From the NCBI RefSeq assembly GCF_006345805.1, contig NC_043010.1, forward strand, positions 34,100,001-34,164,000: DNA of 64,000 bases, written 5' to 3'. A program made the position numbers and the translations under genes. This document shows positions 37,048 to 49,759 of the stretch, piece by piece. This stretch comes from Octopus sinensis (Eukaryota). Positions within the stretch are counted from its first letter, which is position 1. Every line of letters begins with the position of its first letter. The notes beneath the pieces are model-generated. The model ran no database searches. It was given only the letters and a program-made list of their open reading frames with translations, and was not told where the DNA came from.

Positions 37048-37692
37048 TAATATTCCAAGATGACCTGACACCAATTTCTATTAAAACATAATTGGGCAAC
37101 AGTGGAAATACCGCGAACAGTCTCTACGTAGTCGTTCGCTCTGCTAGAAGCAACAGCCACATTTCCGTCAAACCACACCATACCATATTAGAAGATACCA
37201 AAATACATTGGTCATTGACTAACATGTTTGAAGAGTCGTCAAAATAACCAAGTGCCATAGTAGAGGCGAAACTAATAAGTTTCTAACTGGTTATATACCT
37301 TGAACAAAAATACACTATTCAACAATACAAAAGTATAACCACGTAAATTCTCTTTGAGAGTGTACTTATTTTTCCTACTTTATATATGCATTTGTGTGTA
37401 TGCGTGTGATGTGTCTGTGTCTGCCCCCCTCCTCTCAACTACCGCTTGAAAATCGGTGTTGGTTTACGTGTCGGTAACTTAGCGGTTCGACAAAAGATAG
37501 ATTAAATATCGGGTTTTAACAAATAAATAAAGAAAGAAAGAAAAGATTAGGACTGAGTTCAATTCATTCAACTAAAACTCTTCAACGCGGTGCCCCAGCG
37601 TGCTCGCAGTCTAAAGACTGAAATAAACGACAAAAATAAAAGATAGATCTATCTATCGATACACACTCACTCACACACACACACACACACAA

Positions 37693-37741
<49 letters not shown>

Positions 37742-37914
37742 GGGAGACAGTGAAAGCTTGCTTTTCTGTGTATCTTAAATTTAATTTTGAAGAGATGATG
37801 GGCGATTGGGGTAAGGGAGACAACTAGTGTTTACTTAAAGAGAAAACTTAAAATATGTCGAATTTAAGAAAGCATTGACATACAAGAGTATTTCAAGAGT
37901 CCTTGTCTGGTTTA

Positions 37915-38255
37915 TCTTTTACTTGATTGTTATTAGACTGCGGTTATGCTGGGGCACCGCACTGAAGAATCTTTAGTCGAATGCATCGATCCCAGTGCTA
38001 GTTTTTTTAAAGCTTGGTATTTATTCTAATTATTTGTCGAACCGCTAAGTTACGGGGATCGTAAACACACCGGTTGCGAAGAGATGGCGGTGGGGACAAA
38101 CATGGGCTTTTTTCAGTTTCCGTCAAACAAATCCACTCAAGGATTTGATCGGCCTGAGGCTAAAGTAGAAGACGCATGCCCAAAGTGCCACACAGTGGGA
38201 CTGAACCTGGAACCGTGTGGTTGGGAAGCAAGCTTCTTACCACACAGCCATGCTT
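37915..38255 (-). mobile_element. SINE family A, diverged but CpG-rich
   Basis: Family A layout with many non-CpG changes and CpGs retained. Confidence 0.8.
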
Positions 38256-38714
38256 GTGCCTGGTTTGGCGAATTAGGGACATTACTCAATAAAATTTGAC
38301 CTTTACTTTTAGTAAAACTATTTGGGACAAATATTAAGTGGATGCTTTAATTTATTCACCCAATGGCCAAGTGCAACCAGCAGAAGATGTAAGCTTCAGG
38401 CAAGCTGAAGTTAACAACCTGGTCAATATTCATGTATTGTTCAGTCCTGCTCGCCTGTCAGCCAGCCCAGGATGTAAGGCAAAAAGAACATGCACTTCAA
38501 CACTGATATATCGACAAATAAAAATTACTCTGCTCCATAATGACAACGTTGAATAATTTACTTAATTGGACTAATGATGTACAAATGAAATAACTCACTA
38601 AATACTCAGAGAATTGTCTGTTTGTAGTACATCAAAGACACTACACAGAGACAGCACAAAAGGTTGAGCCTGAATCTCTTTCTCTCTCTCTCTCTCTCTC
38701 GTCTATTGGCTGTT

Positions 38715-39075
38715 GCTGATCATCATCATCATTTAATGGCCCTTTTCTTCATGCTTGCATGGGTCAGACAGAATCTATCAAGACACATTTTCTACACCCA
38801 CATGCATTATCTATCACCAACCTTCACCCATTCACGGGAGACTGGAAATGACCAACATAGTCCTTGTAAGGCAATGAAATGCTCATTTACAACCACCATA
38901 TGATGTCAAGACAAGGCAACACACACACACACCTATATGATGGGCTTCTTTCCATTCTCACACACCGAATCCACTCACAAGGCTCTGGTTGGCCTAGTGT
39001 AAAGAAATTTGTCCAAGATGTCGTACAGTGGGATTGAACCTAAGACCACACAGTTGAGAAGCAAGCTTCTCAACC
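38715..39075 (-). mobile_element. Composite SINE (family A head, RTE-like tail)
   Basis: (CAT)n, then CATGCTTGCATGGGTCAGAC, then the family A head in reverse. Confidence 0.75.
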
Positions 39076-39134
39076 AATGCCAGTGGTTACAAATGTGAAT
39101 TCTGGGTTAAGTTATGTGTGTGTGCGCGCGTGTG

Positions 39135-39470
39135 TAGTGAAGGCACATGGCTCAGTTAGAGCATCGGACTCACAATCATGAGGTAGTGAATTCGATTCCT
39201 GGACTGGGCTGTGTGTCGTGTTCTTGAGCAAGATGCTTTATTTAATGTTACTCCAGTTCACTCAGCTGTAGAAATGAGTTGTGATGTCACGGGTGCCAAG
39301 CTGTTTTAGCCTTTGCCTTTCCCTTGGATAACATCGGTGGCAAGGAGAAGGGAGGCTGGTCTGCATGGGTGACTGCTGGTCTTTCATAAAAAAAACCTTG
39401 TTCAGACTTGTGCCCCAGAGGGAAACTTTATAAGAGCAATCCCATGGTCATTTATGACTGAAGTGGGTCT
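39135..39470 (+). mobile_element. CORE-type SINE
   Basis: tRNA-like head, then GTGTTCTTGAGCAAG..CTCCAGTTCACTCAGCTGTAGAAATGAG (CORE-like). Confidence 0.8.
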
Positions 39471-39949
39471 TTAGCTTTTACTAAATGTAAGTGAAAAAGG
39501 TTCAACAGTATTGAGCCATGCTACAAATTTAGCTTGCTGGAAGTCTACAACTCTATGGATATCACACACATCATACAACAGGATGAAAATTACAGGATAG
39601 ACAAAAGTGGTGGAAGCTTTTCAGTACATAGTGAACAAGATCAAACACTATCATAACCTAAACCACAACAACCACTACTACCATAAGATCTGTCTGTACA
39701 ACTTGAGTCAGTGAATCTGATTAAATAGACAGCAGTACTTACTTAAGGTGTACTTTATTTTATTAATACCATATTACTGATAAAGTTATGAGCTGAAATT
39801 ACAATTCCTCTTAATGTTTAGATGTTATAATTCAATTTGCTTTCTTTGTTATGTTGTTTTACATCCATTTTTTTCATATTCACAAAGGCAGGATGATCTA
39901 TTTGTTACAGTTGAATATTAATGATGATGATGCACCCCCATATATATAT

Positions 39950-39999
<50 letters not shown>

Positions 40000-40002
<3 letters not shown>

Positions 40003-40208
40003 AGGTTAATCCAAACAGGAAAACAGAAAAAACAACAACACGTGGAACAATTACAGTATTATTATTATTAGGCGCTCAGGAAAATGGAAGAAGGAGGGTA
40101 TGACGTTTCGAGCGGAGCTCTTCGTCGGAACATAAGAGAAGAAAGAAAGATCCCGAGACGGGAGGACAGAGGAAAAAAAAAAATTTTTGCAGGTCGTCTT
40201 CACGAGGT

Positions 40209-40210
<2 letters not shown>
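40000..40210 (-). mobile_element. Related (TA)n-embedded element with hammerhead-like core (40096-40135)
   Basis: Minus strand reads TATGTT-CCGACGA-A-GAGC(TCC)GCTC-GAAAC-GTC-ATACC. It shares GTTAATCCAAACA...GTGGAACAA...GACGCTCAGGAAA (GGCGCTCAGGAAA here) with 13525-13730. Confidence 0.65.
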
Positions 40211-40268
<58 letters not shown>

Positions 40269-40271
40269 CAG

Positions 40272-40305
<34 letters not shown>

Positions 40306-40939
40306 CATATATATATAAAACAGAAATATTTTACAAAAAGAAAATAGAAACTACACGTGGAAATGTAAGGGGAAAGTAAGAAGAAAAATAAGCGAAAATG
40401 CACATTGGAAATCAAAAAACGTAAAGGCCTTTTATGAAAAGTAATGATAGATATATACAATTAGATGAACTGAGGTAGGAATAAAAGTAATAAAAGTCAT
40501 TATTGTGAATTGTTAAAGAGATTTAAAAGCATACCGGTTTCATAAATTTACTAATCATTGCTTTGAATGCACACCGATTAATATATATATATATATATGA
40601 TGGACTCTCTCGTTGAAGACAACGTATGAGTGTTCAGCTTTTGCTGAACAGCCTGCACAAATGATTTGTTTATAGTGATCAAATGTTTGTACTGCACATT
40701 AGCTCACTCTTTCACTCTCCCCATCAGATTGATGTTGTCTGAACAGGTGCACAGTGTACCATGTGTCATGTGTCAAAGTGATAGCAGAGTAATGTGAGAT
40801 GAAGTGTTTTGCTCAAGAAAGCAATGCACCACCTGGTCTAGGAATTAAAATCACAATCTAGTCTTCATGAATGCAACACCCTAACCACTAAACCACGAGC
40901 CCTCATACACACACATAAATACATATATGTGACATGTAA

Positions 40940-41170
40940 AAATCACCAACCGATTATGGCCGTTTACCAGCCTCTTCTGGCCCCTGTGCCGGTGGCATGT
41001 AAAAAGCACCTACTACACTCACAGAGTGGTTGGCATTAGGAAGGGCATCCAGCTGTAGAAGCACTGCCAGATCAGACTGGAGCCTGGCACAGCCTCCTGG
41101 CTTCCCAGACCCCAGTCGAACCATCCAACCCATGCTAGCATGGAAAACAGACATTAAATGATGATGATGA
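40940..41170 (+). mobile_element. RTE-tailed SINE-like element
   Basis: Same body and (GAT)n tail as 33050-33310. Confidence 0.9.
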
Positions 41171-42454
41171 TATATTTATGTGTGCATGTATATCCTTGTT
41201 GAGGCATCACATGTTGCTTGCAAAAGAACATTGTCATCATACAAGCAAAGATGTGTGTTTCTGTTCTTCCATGCAAAACATGTGTAGCAGTGGGAATATA
41301 TTATCTTTCTTGGATACAGGTGAGGGTTGGTAACAGGAAGGGCATCCGGCCATAGAAAATCTGGCTCAACAAATTCTGTCTGTAAGCTTGGAAAAAAGTG
41401 GATGTTCAAAGATTATGATGAATACTCTGTTAATCCATAACCAAGAGTAAGAATGGAATCTGTCTTTTATCAGCCAATGAAGCAAACAGACCTATGTGTC
41501 TTGCTGAGTATACAATGCAGTGTATCTAGCAGTAAGGTTTGAACATGGGATCTAGTGAACAAGTCCAGGATATTAAGATGTAATAACTATTGTGTTTTTA
41601 TGGTTTATATTTAAATTACCAATTTTAGTAGAAAGAATAAAATAATTTTTTTAATCGTTTCCTTTTTCTTTCTAACTTTGATATTTTATATTTTCAAAAT
41701 CTCCATTTCAATTTATGAAAAGAATATTTTATTTTTTAACTTTTTTACAAACAAGAAAAAGCAACATAAACTTGAAAACCTACTTGTATCTCCCTAAACA
41801 AGGTACACAACTCTGCTTAGCCTGAGCCTACCATTCTGATAATCGTATACCACTTGGTTATCCAGTATATGCACCCGTTTTTAAGATGACAGGGCAAAAT
41901 GAGAAAAAGATTTGATTGTTATTTCCAGCAGGTAGAGCAATCACATAGAAGCTAATTCTTACTACCATACTATTAATACAACCACAGCATGTTGGATTGT
42001 GCAGTGTGGTCTTTAGCACGTGAGCTTCTTTCTATTTTCATCTACCAAATCCGCTCTCAATGGTCAGCCTAGGGCTACAGTAGAAGACATTTGCCCAAGG
42101 TGTCACGTAGTTGGGCTGAATAGCATTCTTTTGAGGAAGAGTGGTTTGTATTAAGAAGGACATTTGACTGTAAAAACACAAGACCACAGCAATACACTTG
42201 TCCAATCCAATGCTCCATTGCTTCTACCAATATCTTTTTATCTCTTCTTTTATCTTTTTCAGTTTTTGGACTGTCTATGTCGGGGCACCGTCATGAAGGG
42301 TTTAAATGAACAAATCAACCCCAGTGTATGTCTTTTTAAAGTGTGGTACATGTTCTAGTGAATGTATTTGCTGAACTGCTAAGTTACAGGGACATGAACA
42401 AACCAATGTTGGTTGTCAAAAGGTGTGGGGCAAAAACATAAACACACACACATA

Positions 42455-42780
42455 CACATGCATGTGGCTGTGTGGTAAGAAGCCTCTGGGTTCAGTCCCA
42501 CTGCATGGCACATTGGGTAAGTGTCTTCTACTATAGCCTTGGGCTGACCAAAGCCTTGTGAGTGGATTTTGTAGACAGAAACTGAAAGAAGCCCATCATA
42601 TATATATATGTCCCCCATCACCACTTAACAACCAGTGTTGGTGTGTTTACATCTCTGTAACTTAGCAGTTTGGCAGAGACAGAATAAATACTAGGCTTAA
42701 GAAATAAGTCCTGGGGGTCAAGGCAGTGCTCCAGCATGGCCACAGTCAAATGACTGAAACAAGCAGAAGAATAAAAGAAT
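42455..42780 (+). mobile_element. SINE family A
   Basis: Family A head, internal TA repeat and tail. Confidence 0.85.
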
Positions 42781-42799
42781 GTATATTTATATAAAAATG

Positions 42800-43122
42800 G
42801 TAAAGACCCCCTTTGGTAATGAATGACCATGGGATTGAACCTAGAAAGTTACTCTCTGAGGTACAAGTCTGGGCAAGGTTGTTTATGGAAGACCAGCAGT
42901 CGCCCATGCATACCAGTCTCCCCTCACCATGCCACCGATGTTATCCAAGGGAAAGGCAAAGGCTGATACAACTTAGCACCAGTGACATCGCAACTTGTTT
43001 CTACAGCTGAGTGAAATAAAGTTTCTTGGCCAAGAACACAACACACAGCCCGGTCTGGGAATTGAACTCACTCCCTCATGATAGTGAGCCTGATGCTCTA
43101 ACCACTGAGCCATGTGCCTTCA
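42800..43122 (-). mobile_element. CORE-type SINE (same subfamily as 39135-39470)
   Basis: Reverse complement of 39135-39470. Confidence 0.8.
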
Positions 43123-43364
43123 ATACATACAGTGAGTTTGTAAAATGAAATAAACTATTTTACTGTGAGGCACAAGTCTAAAATAAGGGCAGTGAATTGG
43201 TAGCATTGATAAAATTCCTTGTGTTTTTCATTGCATCACTCTGGAGTATAGCCGAGTTCAAATTAAGCAGAAGTTAAGTTAGAATTAATTTCTCACCTTG
43301 CCAAGAGGTGATAAAATAATTGCCAGTCAAGTACTGGGGTGAATATAATTGATTCAACTTCACC

Positions 43365-43582
43365 TTAACTCTTTCACATTTAAACCAGCCATATCTAGCC
43401 AAAATATTATAATTGTTTTAGGCTCAAACTGGCCTCTCACACCTACCCTACAATGTCATTCTAAAAATATACACTCACATCACTGAAATCTTTAAGTTAC
43501 GAGATAATACATGATTAGTTCAAAACACTGTGAATATATTATGCGTTACATTTGACAAGTAATCTGAATGCTAAAGGGTTAA
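43365..43582 (-). mobile_element. TTAA-flanked MITE (piggyBac-like ends)
   Basis: TTAA at 43365-43368 and 43579-43582, with short terminal inverted repeats (C)CTTT..CATT / AATG..AAAGGG. Confidence 0.8.
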
Positions 43583-43949
43583 AATGGTTTGCGGCCTTGT
43601 GGTCATATTAGAAAAATTATCATTATTCAAAATAAATTTAAAAAATAAAAATGAACGAATGAATATAACAGTTATGTTTTTCATGACTATGACGGCTGTG
43701 TGTGTAGCCTTGTTGGCCAATGTTGACCTGGCATAAGAGTCTCTCCTCTCCATGCCACTAATGTTTATTCAAGGGAATGGATGATGATTTGGGGTTCATA
43801 CAACTTGGTATTAGTGCCGTCAAAGGTTTTGCTGTCAGAAGACAAAAAACCAGAACAGATACTGAAAAGCATCTTGCCTGATACTCTAACAGTTCTACTA
43901 ATTCTTCACCTGGAATTGATCCTGTATGTACGTATGTATGTGTGTGGAG

Positions 43950-43974
43950 CATGTGTATATATATATATACATAT

Positions 43975-44037
<63 letters not shown>

Positions 44038-44043
44038 TATATA

Positions 44044-44126
<83 letters not shown>

Positions 44127-44620
44127 ACACACACACACCATATATAAATATATATATATGTAAAGAAAATACAAAATGGGGCAAGAACGCAAAACATCCA
44201 GATAGACGATGCAAAAAACACGGACGGGTCATTCGAAGCCTTTAATCTTCAGTCAAGAACCGGATCATCCTCGCAATTTCAGCTGATATATATATACACA
44301 CATATATATACAAATATATATACACACATATATATATACATATATACACACATATATATATACATATATACACATACATATATATATATACATATATACA
44401 CATACATATATATATATACATATATACACATACATATATATATATACATATATACACATACATATATATATACACATACATATATATATACATATATACA
44501 CATACATATATACACATACGTATATATATACATATATACACACACACATATATATACATATATATATATATACATACATACATACATATGCATATATATA
44601 TGTCTATATACACACACACA
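43950..44620. repeat. Compound TA/CA microsatellite field
   Basis: Direct inspection; it gives rise to the Y/I/C/V-rich ORFs in the track. Confidence 0.95.
44161..44285. mobile_element. Short CpG-containing element embedded in a TA/CA microsatellite, unclassified
   Basis: A non-microsatellite island rich in CpG lies between two long TA/CA tracts, the same architecture as at 13.5 kb and 40.0 kb. Confidence 0.45.
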
Positions 44621-45249
44621 CACGTATGTGCATTATTTGATTCTCTGTCTGAAGAATTTCTAATCAGACATATCTTACATGTTTCTCTTACATGTACAAC
44701 ATAAAATTACAACCACTCAAGTTCACTTTAAAGTGTACTTTTTTCTCTGCTTAATGGACAATTGACTGTTAAAATATATATACATGCTAACTGTATATGT
44801 TTCTGTGTATGTATATGAGTGTATGTGTACTTGTCTTGACATCATGGTTGTAAACGACCATCAACAGCATACAAGTGATGGTGCTTGTTACCAGTCTTCC
44901 ATGTAAACATGTCTGGCTAAAGAGGAAATATGATATTGCTTGGAAACAGGTGAGATTGAGCGACAGGAAGGGCACTGGGCCATAGAAAATCAACCTCAAA
45001 CCAATTCTGTTTGATCTATGCAAGCATGGAAAAATGGATGCTAAAAAATAATAATAATAATAATAATTGCACTGCTGGGAAATGCACACATCCTATGCAA
45101 AACACTTTCAATACAGTAACCATAAGAGCATCACAGCAAACCATAGCACATACCCAAGGCACACAGAGCTGCGCTCAGTAATGAAGTGAAAGCATGCTAT
45201 AAAAGTAAAATTACTGAATAATAATAATAAGAAGAAGAATAATAATAAT

Positions 45250-45460
45250 CCTTTCTACTATAGGCACAAGGCCTGAAATTTTAGGGGAGGGGACTAGTCG
45301 ATTTCATTGACCTCAGTGTTTCACTGGTACTTATTTCACTGACCCCAAAAGGGTCAATGGCAAAGTCAATCTTGGCGGGATTTGAACTCAGAATGTAGTG
45401 GCAAATGAAATACTGGTAAGCATTTCACCAGGCATGCTAACGATTCTGTCAGCTCGCCAC
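45250..45460 (-). mobile_element. SINE family B
   Basis: Family B layout flanked by (AAT)n. Confidence 0.85.
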
Positions 45461-45889
45461 ATTAAATAATAATAATAATAATAATAATCATAAAATAATA
45501 ATAATAATAATGGTGGTGGTGGTGGTTCATTGCTGGTTGGTTGGTTAGTTGGTGTGTGTGTGCATGTGTTTCTTTTTTTATATAGCAGAATACCTCTTCC
45601 TACTGGTGACCACTCAATCATAAAGTAGAAGTGGAATCTGTTTTGGTCAGAGAAGTAAACTATAGCAGACATAACAGGGATAAAGATGTGAGCTTTATTT
45701 TGTTTGCCATAAGATTTGAACTGCTGACTATGTACAGAGCAATTCAGCACGTTTAACAATGACAGCTATTTTATCTTGTGATACATGCTATTACATAATA
45801 AACCAGCACCCTAAACATTCAAACAATAATTTAACAACAAATTGCCAAATAGCCAGCATCAATGATAGAATGAGAAAACAGGTACTTAC

Positions 45890-46000
45890 GCAATCCCATG
45901 CTCCCTGTCCAAGGGAGCTGGTATGGGTTGCACAGGCATGCCGTTTGGTGCGAAGTTTACGCCCTCCAACTTCAGTTTTACAGATTTCTCAAAACAACAC
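45890..46000 (-). CDS. Internal coding exon candidate (111 nt, phase 2-2) of an unidentified minus-strand gene; peptide CCFEKSVKLKLEGVNFAPNGMPVQPIPAPLDREHGI(A)
   Basis: On the minus strand a long pyrimidine tract ends in TTCTTTCAATTTCAG, and the segment is followed by the donor GC|GTAAGTAC. The length is a multiple of 3 and only one frame is open. The sequence is non-repetitive and richer in GC and CpG than its flanks. The protein is not recognised; the exon could instead be 5'UTR plus a start at the internal ATG (MPVQPIP...). Confidence 0.6.
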
Positions 46001-46789
46001 CTGAAATTGAAAGAATTATTCAGAGATAAAATACAAAAAAGAAAAAGAAAATGCTGACGGAATAAGAATTTTTTAAACTTTTGAAAGAAAAAATAGATAA
46101 TTCTTGAAGTACACTTGAAGCTATAAATAATAGCATGTAGATATTGTTTTCAAATTTTGACACAAGGATAGCAATTCTGAGGGTTGATTACATTGACCCC
46201 AGTGCACAACTGGTACTTATTTTATAGACCCCAAAAGGATGAAAAGCAAAGCCAACCATGGCAAAATTTGAACTCAGAATGTAAAGACAGATAACATGTT
46301 GCTAAACATTTGCCCAACGAGCTAATGATTCTGCCAGCTTGCTGTCTTATAACATGTAAATATGGGGTTGAAAAACCCTTTGGACAGAAAAATTTGAAGG
46401 TTGCCCTAGGGTCATGAACCCACATCTCCTGTAGACATGACAGGCGTTCTACCACATGTAGCCTTTGACTTCCTCTATCCAAAAGTGTTTTCCATCCCAA
46501 TATTTACATGATACTATTTATAGCCTTATGTGCTTCAAGATCCACTATTTCAAAAGAAAAAGAAAAAAAATTGTTTATGCAATTCAAGGTAAAAATATAA
46601 CATACTTTTTACAGTCTTTACATCTATGCTACATTTTGATTGATCTCAAATTATCATTAAGTGTCTTATCTTCCAAGATGTGTATATAGTACCAGAGTGG
46701 ATTTGAACTAGGGACCTTTGTTTCTAAACTAAGAATAAAAAAAAACATCTTTATATACTAGGCTACAAACACATGTACGATAATATTTG

Positions 46790-47520
46790 TTTCAAATTTG
46801 GCACAAGGCCAGCAATTTCAGGGGAAGGGGTAAGTTGTTTACATTGGCCCCCAGTGCTCAATTGGTGCTTATCTAATCAACCCCCCCCCCTAAAAGGATG
46901 AAAGGCAAAGTTGACCTCAATGGAGTTTGAACCTAGAACACAAAAAGAGATGAAATACTGCTAAGCATCCTGCCTGGTGTGCTAACGATTCTGCCACTTC
47001 ACCACCTTTATAACTACAGTACATTATATACATGATGATATGTTCTGCTTTTGGTAGAAGCAATATTCCAAATCAACACAATAAAATTTTGTACAGAATA
47101 TTTTTTTTTCCTTCAATAAATTACAATTATTAACATCTCTTTATGTTCTGAGTTCAAATCTTACTCATGTTGACTTTATTTTTCATTATATTTTCCTTGA
47201 TAAAATAAGTACCAATGAAAGACTTGACTCAATCTTATTGACCACAACCCTCTCTCTCACAATTTGTGGTTTTGTCTCTATCCCAGATATCATCATCATT
47301 ATTATCAACAGAGGTAAGGCAACTAGCAGAATCATTAGCATGCTGGACAAAATGCTTAGCATTTATGTATGACCTGAGTTCAAACCCTACCATGACCAAC
47401 TTAACTCTTCATCCTTTTGAGGTCAAAAGAATAAGTAACAGTTGAACACTGGGGTCTCTGTAATTGACTAATCCCCTCCCCAAAATTTCAGGCCTTGTGC
47501 CTATAATAGAAAGAATTATC
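46790..47520. mobile_element. Cluster of family B copies in both orientations
   Basis: A minus copy at about 46790-47010 and plus copies at about 47140-47290 and 47310-47520. Confidence 0.75.
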
Positions 47521-47628
47521 AACTGCAGTGGATTGGTAGAATTATCAGAACATCAGACAAAATGCTTTTATATTCAATCCTTCATTCAGCATCATTGAAA
47601 TAATTCTATCTTCCAATAACACCATAAT

Positions 47629-47843
47629 CTTTTCTACTGAAGGCACATGGCCTGAAATTTGTGGAGAGGGGACTAGTCGATTACATCGACCCCAGTGTTT
47701 CACTAGTACTTAATTTACAGACCCTGAAAGGATGAAAGGCAAAGTTGACCTCAGCGGAATTTGAACTCAGAACATAAAGACAGATGAAATACTGCTAAGC
47801 ATTTTACCTGGCATGCTAATGATTATGCTAGCTCGCCACTTTA
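47629..47843 (-). mobile_element. Full-length SINE family B with a 16-bp TSD (one mismatch)
   Basis: CCAATAACACCATAAT at 47613-47628 and CCAACAACACCATAAT at 47844-47859. Confidence 0.9.
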
Positions 47844-48217
47844 CCAACAACACCATAATAACTAGTTGCTGTCACTGAAAGGTGGACTAAATTCTAGTTA
47901 ATATAGGACTTTGATGAAACCATTCTGTTAATATATGAAATGCCATAATGCTTCTACACACTGTATTATATAAAATTTGCATCACTGTCTGAGTCATGTT
48001 AAACCTTTATAACATATGTGTGGCCATGTGGTTTAGAAGCTTACTTCTCAATTATGCAGTCTTGGGTTCAATCTTACTGTGTGGCACTTGAACAAATGTC
48101 TTCTCAATGCCTTGTGAATTGATTTGGTAGACAGAAACTGGAACAAGCCAGCGTGTGTGTGTGGTGTGTGACCTTATCCTGACATAACTTGATGGTTGTA
48201 CATCAACATCACTCGCT

Positions 48218-48389
48218 GCGTTCTGAGTTCAAATTCCGCTGAGGTCGACTTTGCCTTTCATCCTTTCGGGGTCGATAAATTAAGTACCAGTTGCGCACTG
48301 GGGTCGATGTAATCGACTTAATACCTATGTCTGTCTTTGTTTGTCCCCTCTATGTTTAGCCCCTTCTGGGTAATAAAGAAATAGGTATT
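48218..48389 (+). mobile_element. Young 5'-truncated family B variant with an alternative tail
   Basis: CpGs are intact; the tail TTTGTCCCCTCTATGTTTAGCCCC..AATAAAGAAATA is also present inverted at about 35365-35515. Confidence 0.85.
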
Positions 48390-49759
48390 GTTTATTTTCA
48401 AGTCTTCCATGGAAAGTATTACCTCACTTGGAAATAGGTGAGGGTTGGCAACAGGAAGGGCTGCCTCAACAAATTCCGTCTGACCCATGCAAATGTGGAA
48501 AAGTAGACATTAAAACAATGATGACAATGATGAGGATGCTGCTGACGATATTCACATTTATAGTATTATATACTATAAAAGCATCATCAAAGTCTTTTGT
48601 CAGATATTTAGAACCTGATTTACACTATGCTATTTTGTCTCTTAGAAGTCAGTTGTGACTAGGTTATAAATGTATGATGAAAGACACTTTGATATTTATT
48701 GTCTCTGTAACTGTTTGTTCTGGCACAAATTCTTCTCATTCACATTAATTAACTGTTTTAGTATTTAAACCAGCTGAATTCATTTACTTGCTATAAATTA
48801 ACCTGACCTTGGCGACATCATTAGTTATCAGGAATAATTAAATAGATGGTTGAACAAGACACACTATATGTCAACATCATTATTAAAAATTACAAGAACC
48901 AAAGAATTAAATGTTACTTAAAGACACACCTCTCTACTTCATATGAATACATCAACACAAATGATTCTATTAGTATCATGAATACTAAAGGATTAAGTCT
49001 TAGACAAGATTCATGACTACAATATATGTACACATCAACATATCTGATAACATCAGCATCATGAATACTTAGACAAGATGCACTTCTTTTTTTTATCTTT
49101 TTATCTCAGGAGAGAAGGCAGTGCCCCATGACCATGGTTCTTTACAGAGCCTTTCAGGCTGATGGGAGAATGTTATCCTTAAATCTACCTCAAATGCTTG
49201 CTGCAAAAACCATCCCAGGTTTCATGTTATGATGTTATACTGATATATCGAGCTTATCAACCCTGGCCCTCTGTGTCTAACTTTACCCTCTACATGGTTC
49301 CTGAGCAAAAAAAAATAATAGTTGCATATACAGCTCAGGCGTAACGATTTCAGGCAAACTAATGGACAGAATCGGCTGCATCTTTTTCTACATGTGTCAT
49401 CCATTACCTCTTTAATGGGGAGCTGACAAAGATAACATTTAACCTATTCTCGATATAGCAGGAATACGGTGTGACAGGGTTAAGGTTATCAATCAAAAGG
49501 TCACGGTAGGATTTGAACCTCCAAAATAACGAGTTGGAACAAATATTACAAGGCATCAAATGCAGCATTCTTATAGTTCTGCCATTCTACTGTCCTTGAA
49601 TGGCACTTTTTTTTCTATTGACCCTTGCCTGAAAGGATGAACGGCAAAATGAACCTGACTGCGGTCTAAACTAAAAAGTGCAGAGAAAAGAAAAAAGTAT
49701 TGCAAAGCATTCTATCTGATGCTTTAATAACACTGGCAATTTGACACTTCATTCATGTG

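Larger units (their letters stand above)
34500..38250. promoter_or_regulatory. CpG-retaining zone (putative germline-unmethylated region) with promoter-type motifs
   Basis: Diverged repeat copies here keep their CpGs. Motifs: TCTCGCGAG 34992-35000, ACTTCCG 35937-35943, CCGCCC 35941-35946 and 35949-35954, TCACGTGA 36342-36349, TTGGCGC 36351-36357. Confidence 0.5.

Noticed and set aside
38338-38556. ORFs on both strands in a GC-richer unique block
   Set aside because: Splice signals are poor, the phase is incompatible with exon 45890-46000, and there is no recognisable protein.
39741-39792. ~50-nt minus-strand exon with good acceptor and donor
   Set aside because: All three frames contain stops; it could only be a non-coding or poison exon, and nothing supports that.
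43758-44623. Numerous Y/I/C/V/H/T-rich ORFs here and at 9.0, 13.1-14.0, 22.4-24.4, 40.0-40.5 and 55.5-57.2 kb
   Set aside because: They are translations of TA/CA/GA microsatellites.
45895-45915. Cadherin assignment from the LDRE motif
   Set aside because: None of the other cadherin repeat motifs (PE, AxDxD, DxNDNxP) is present.
49110-49218. Plus-strand exon candidate after a strong acceptor
   Set aside because: The donor is weak, it lies opposite and within the better-supported minus-strand exon chain, and the peptide is not recognisable.
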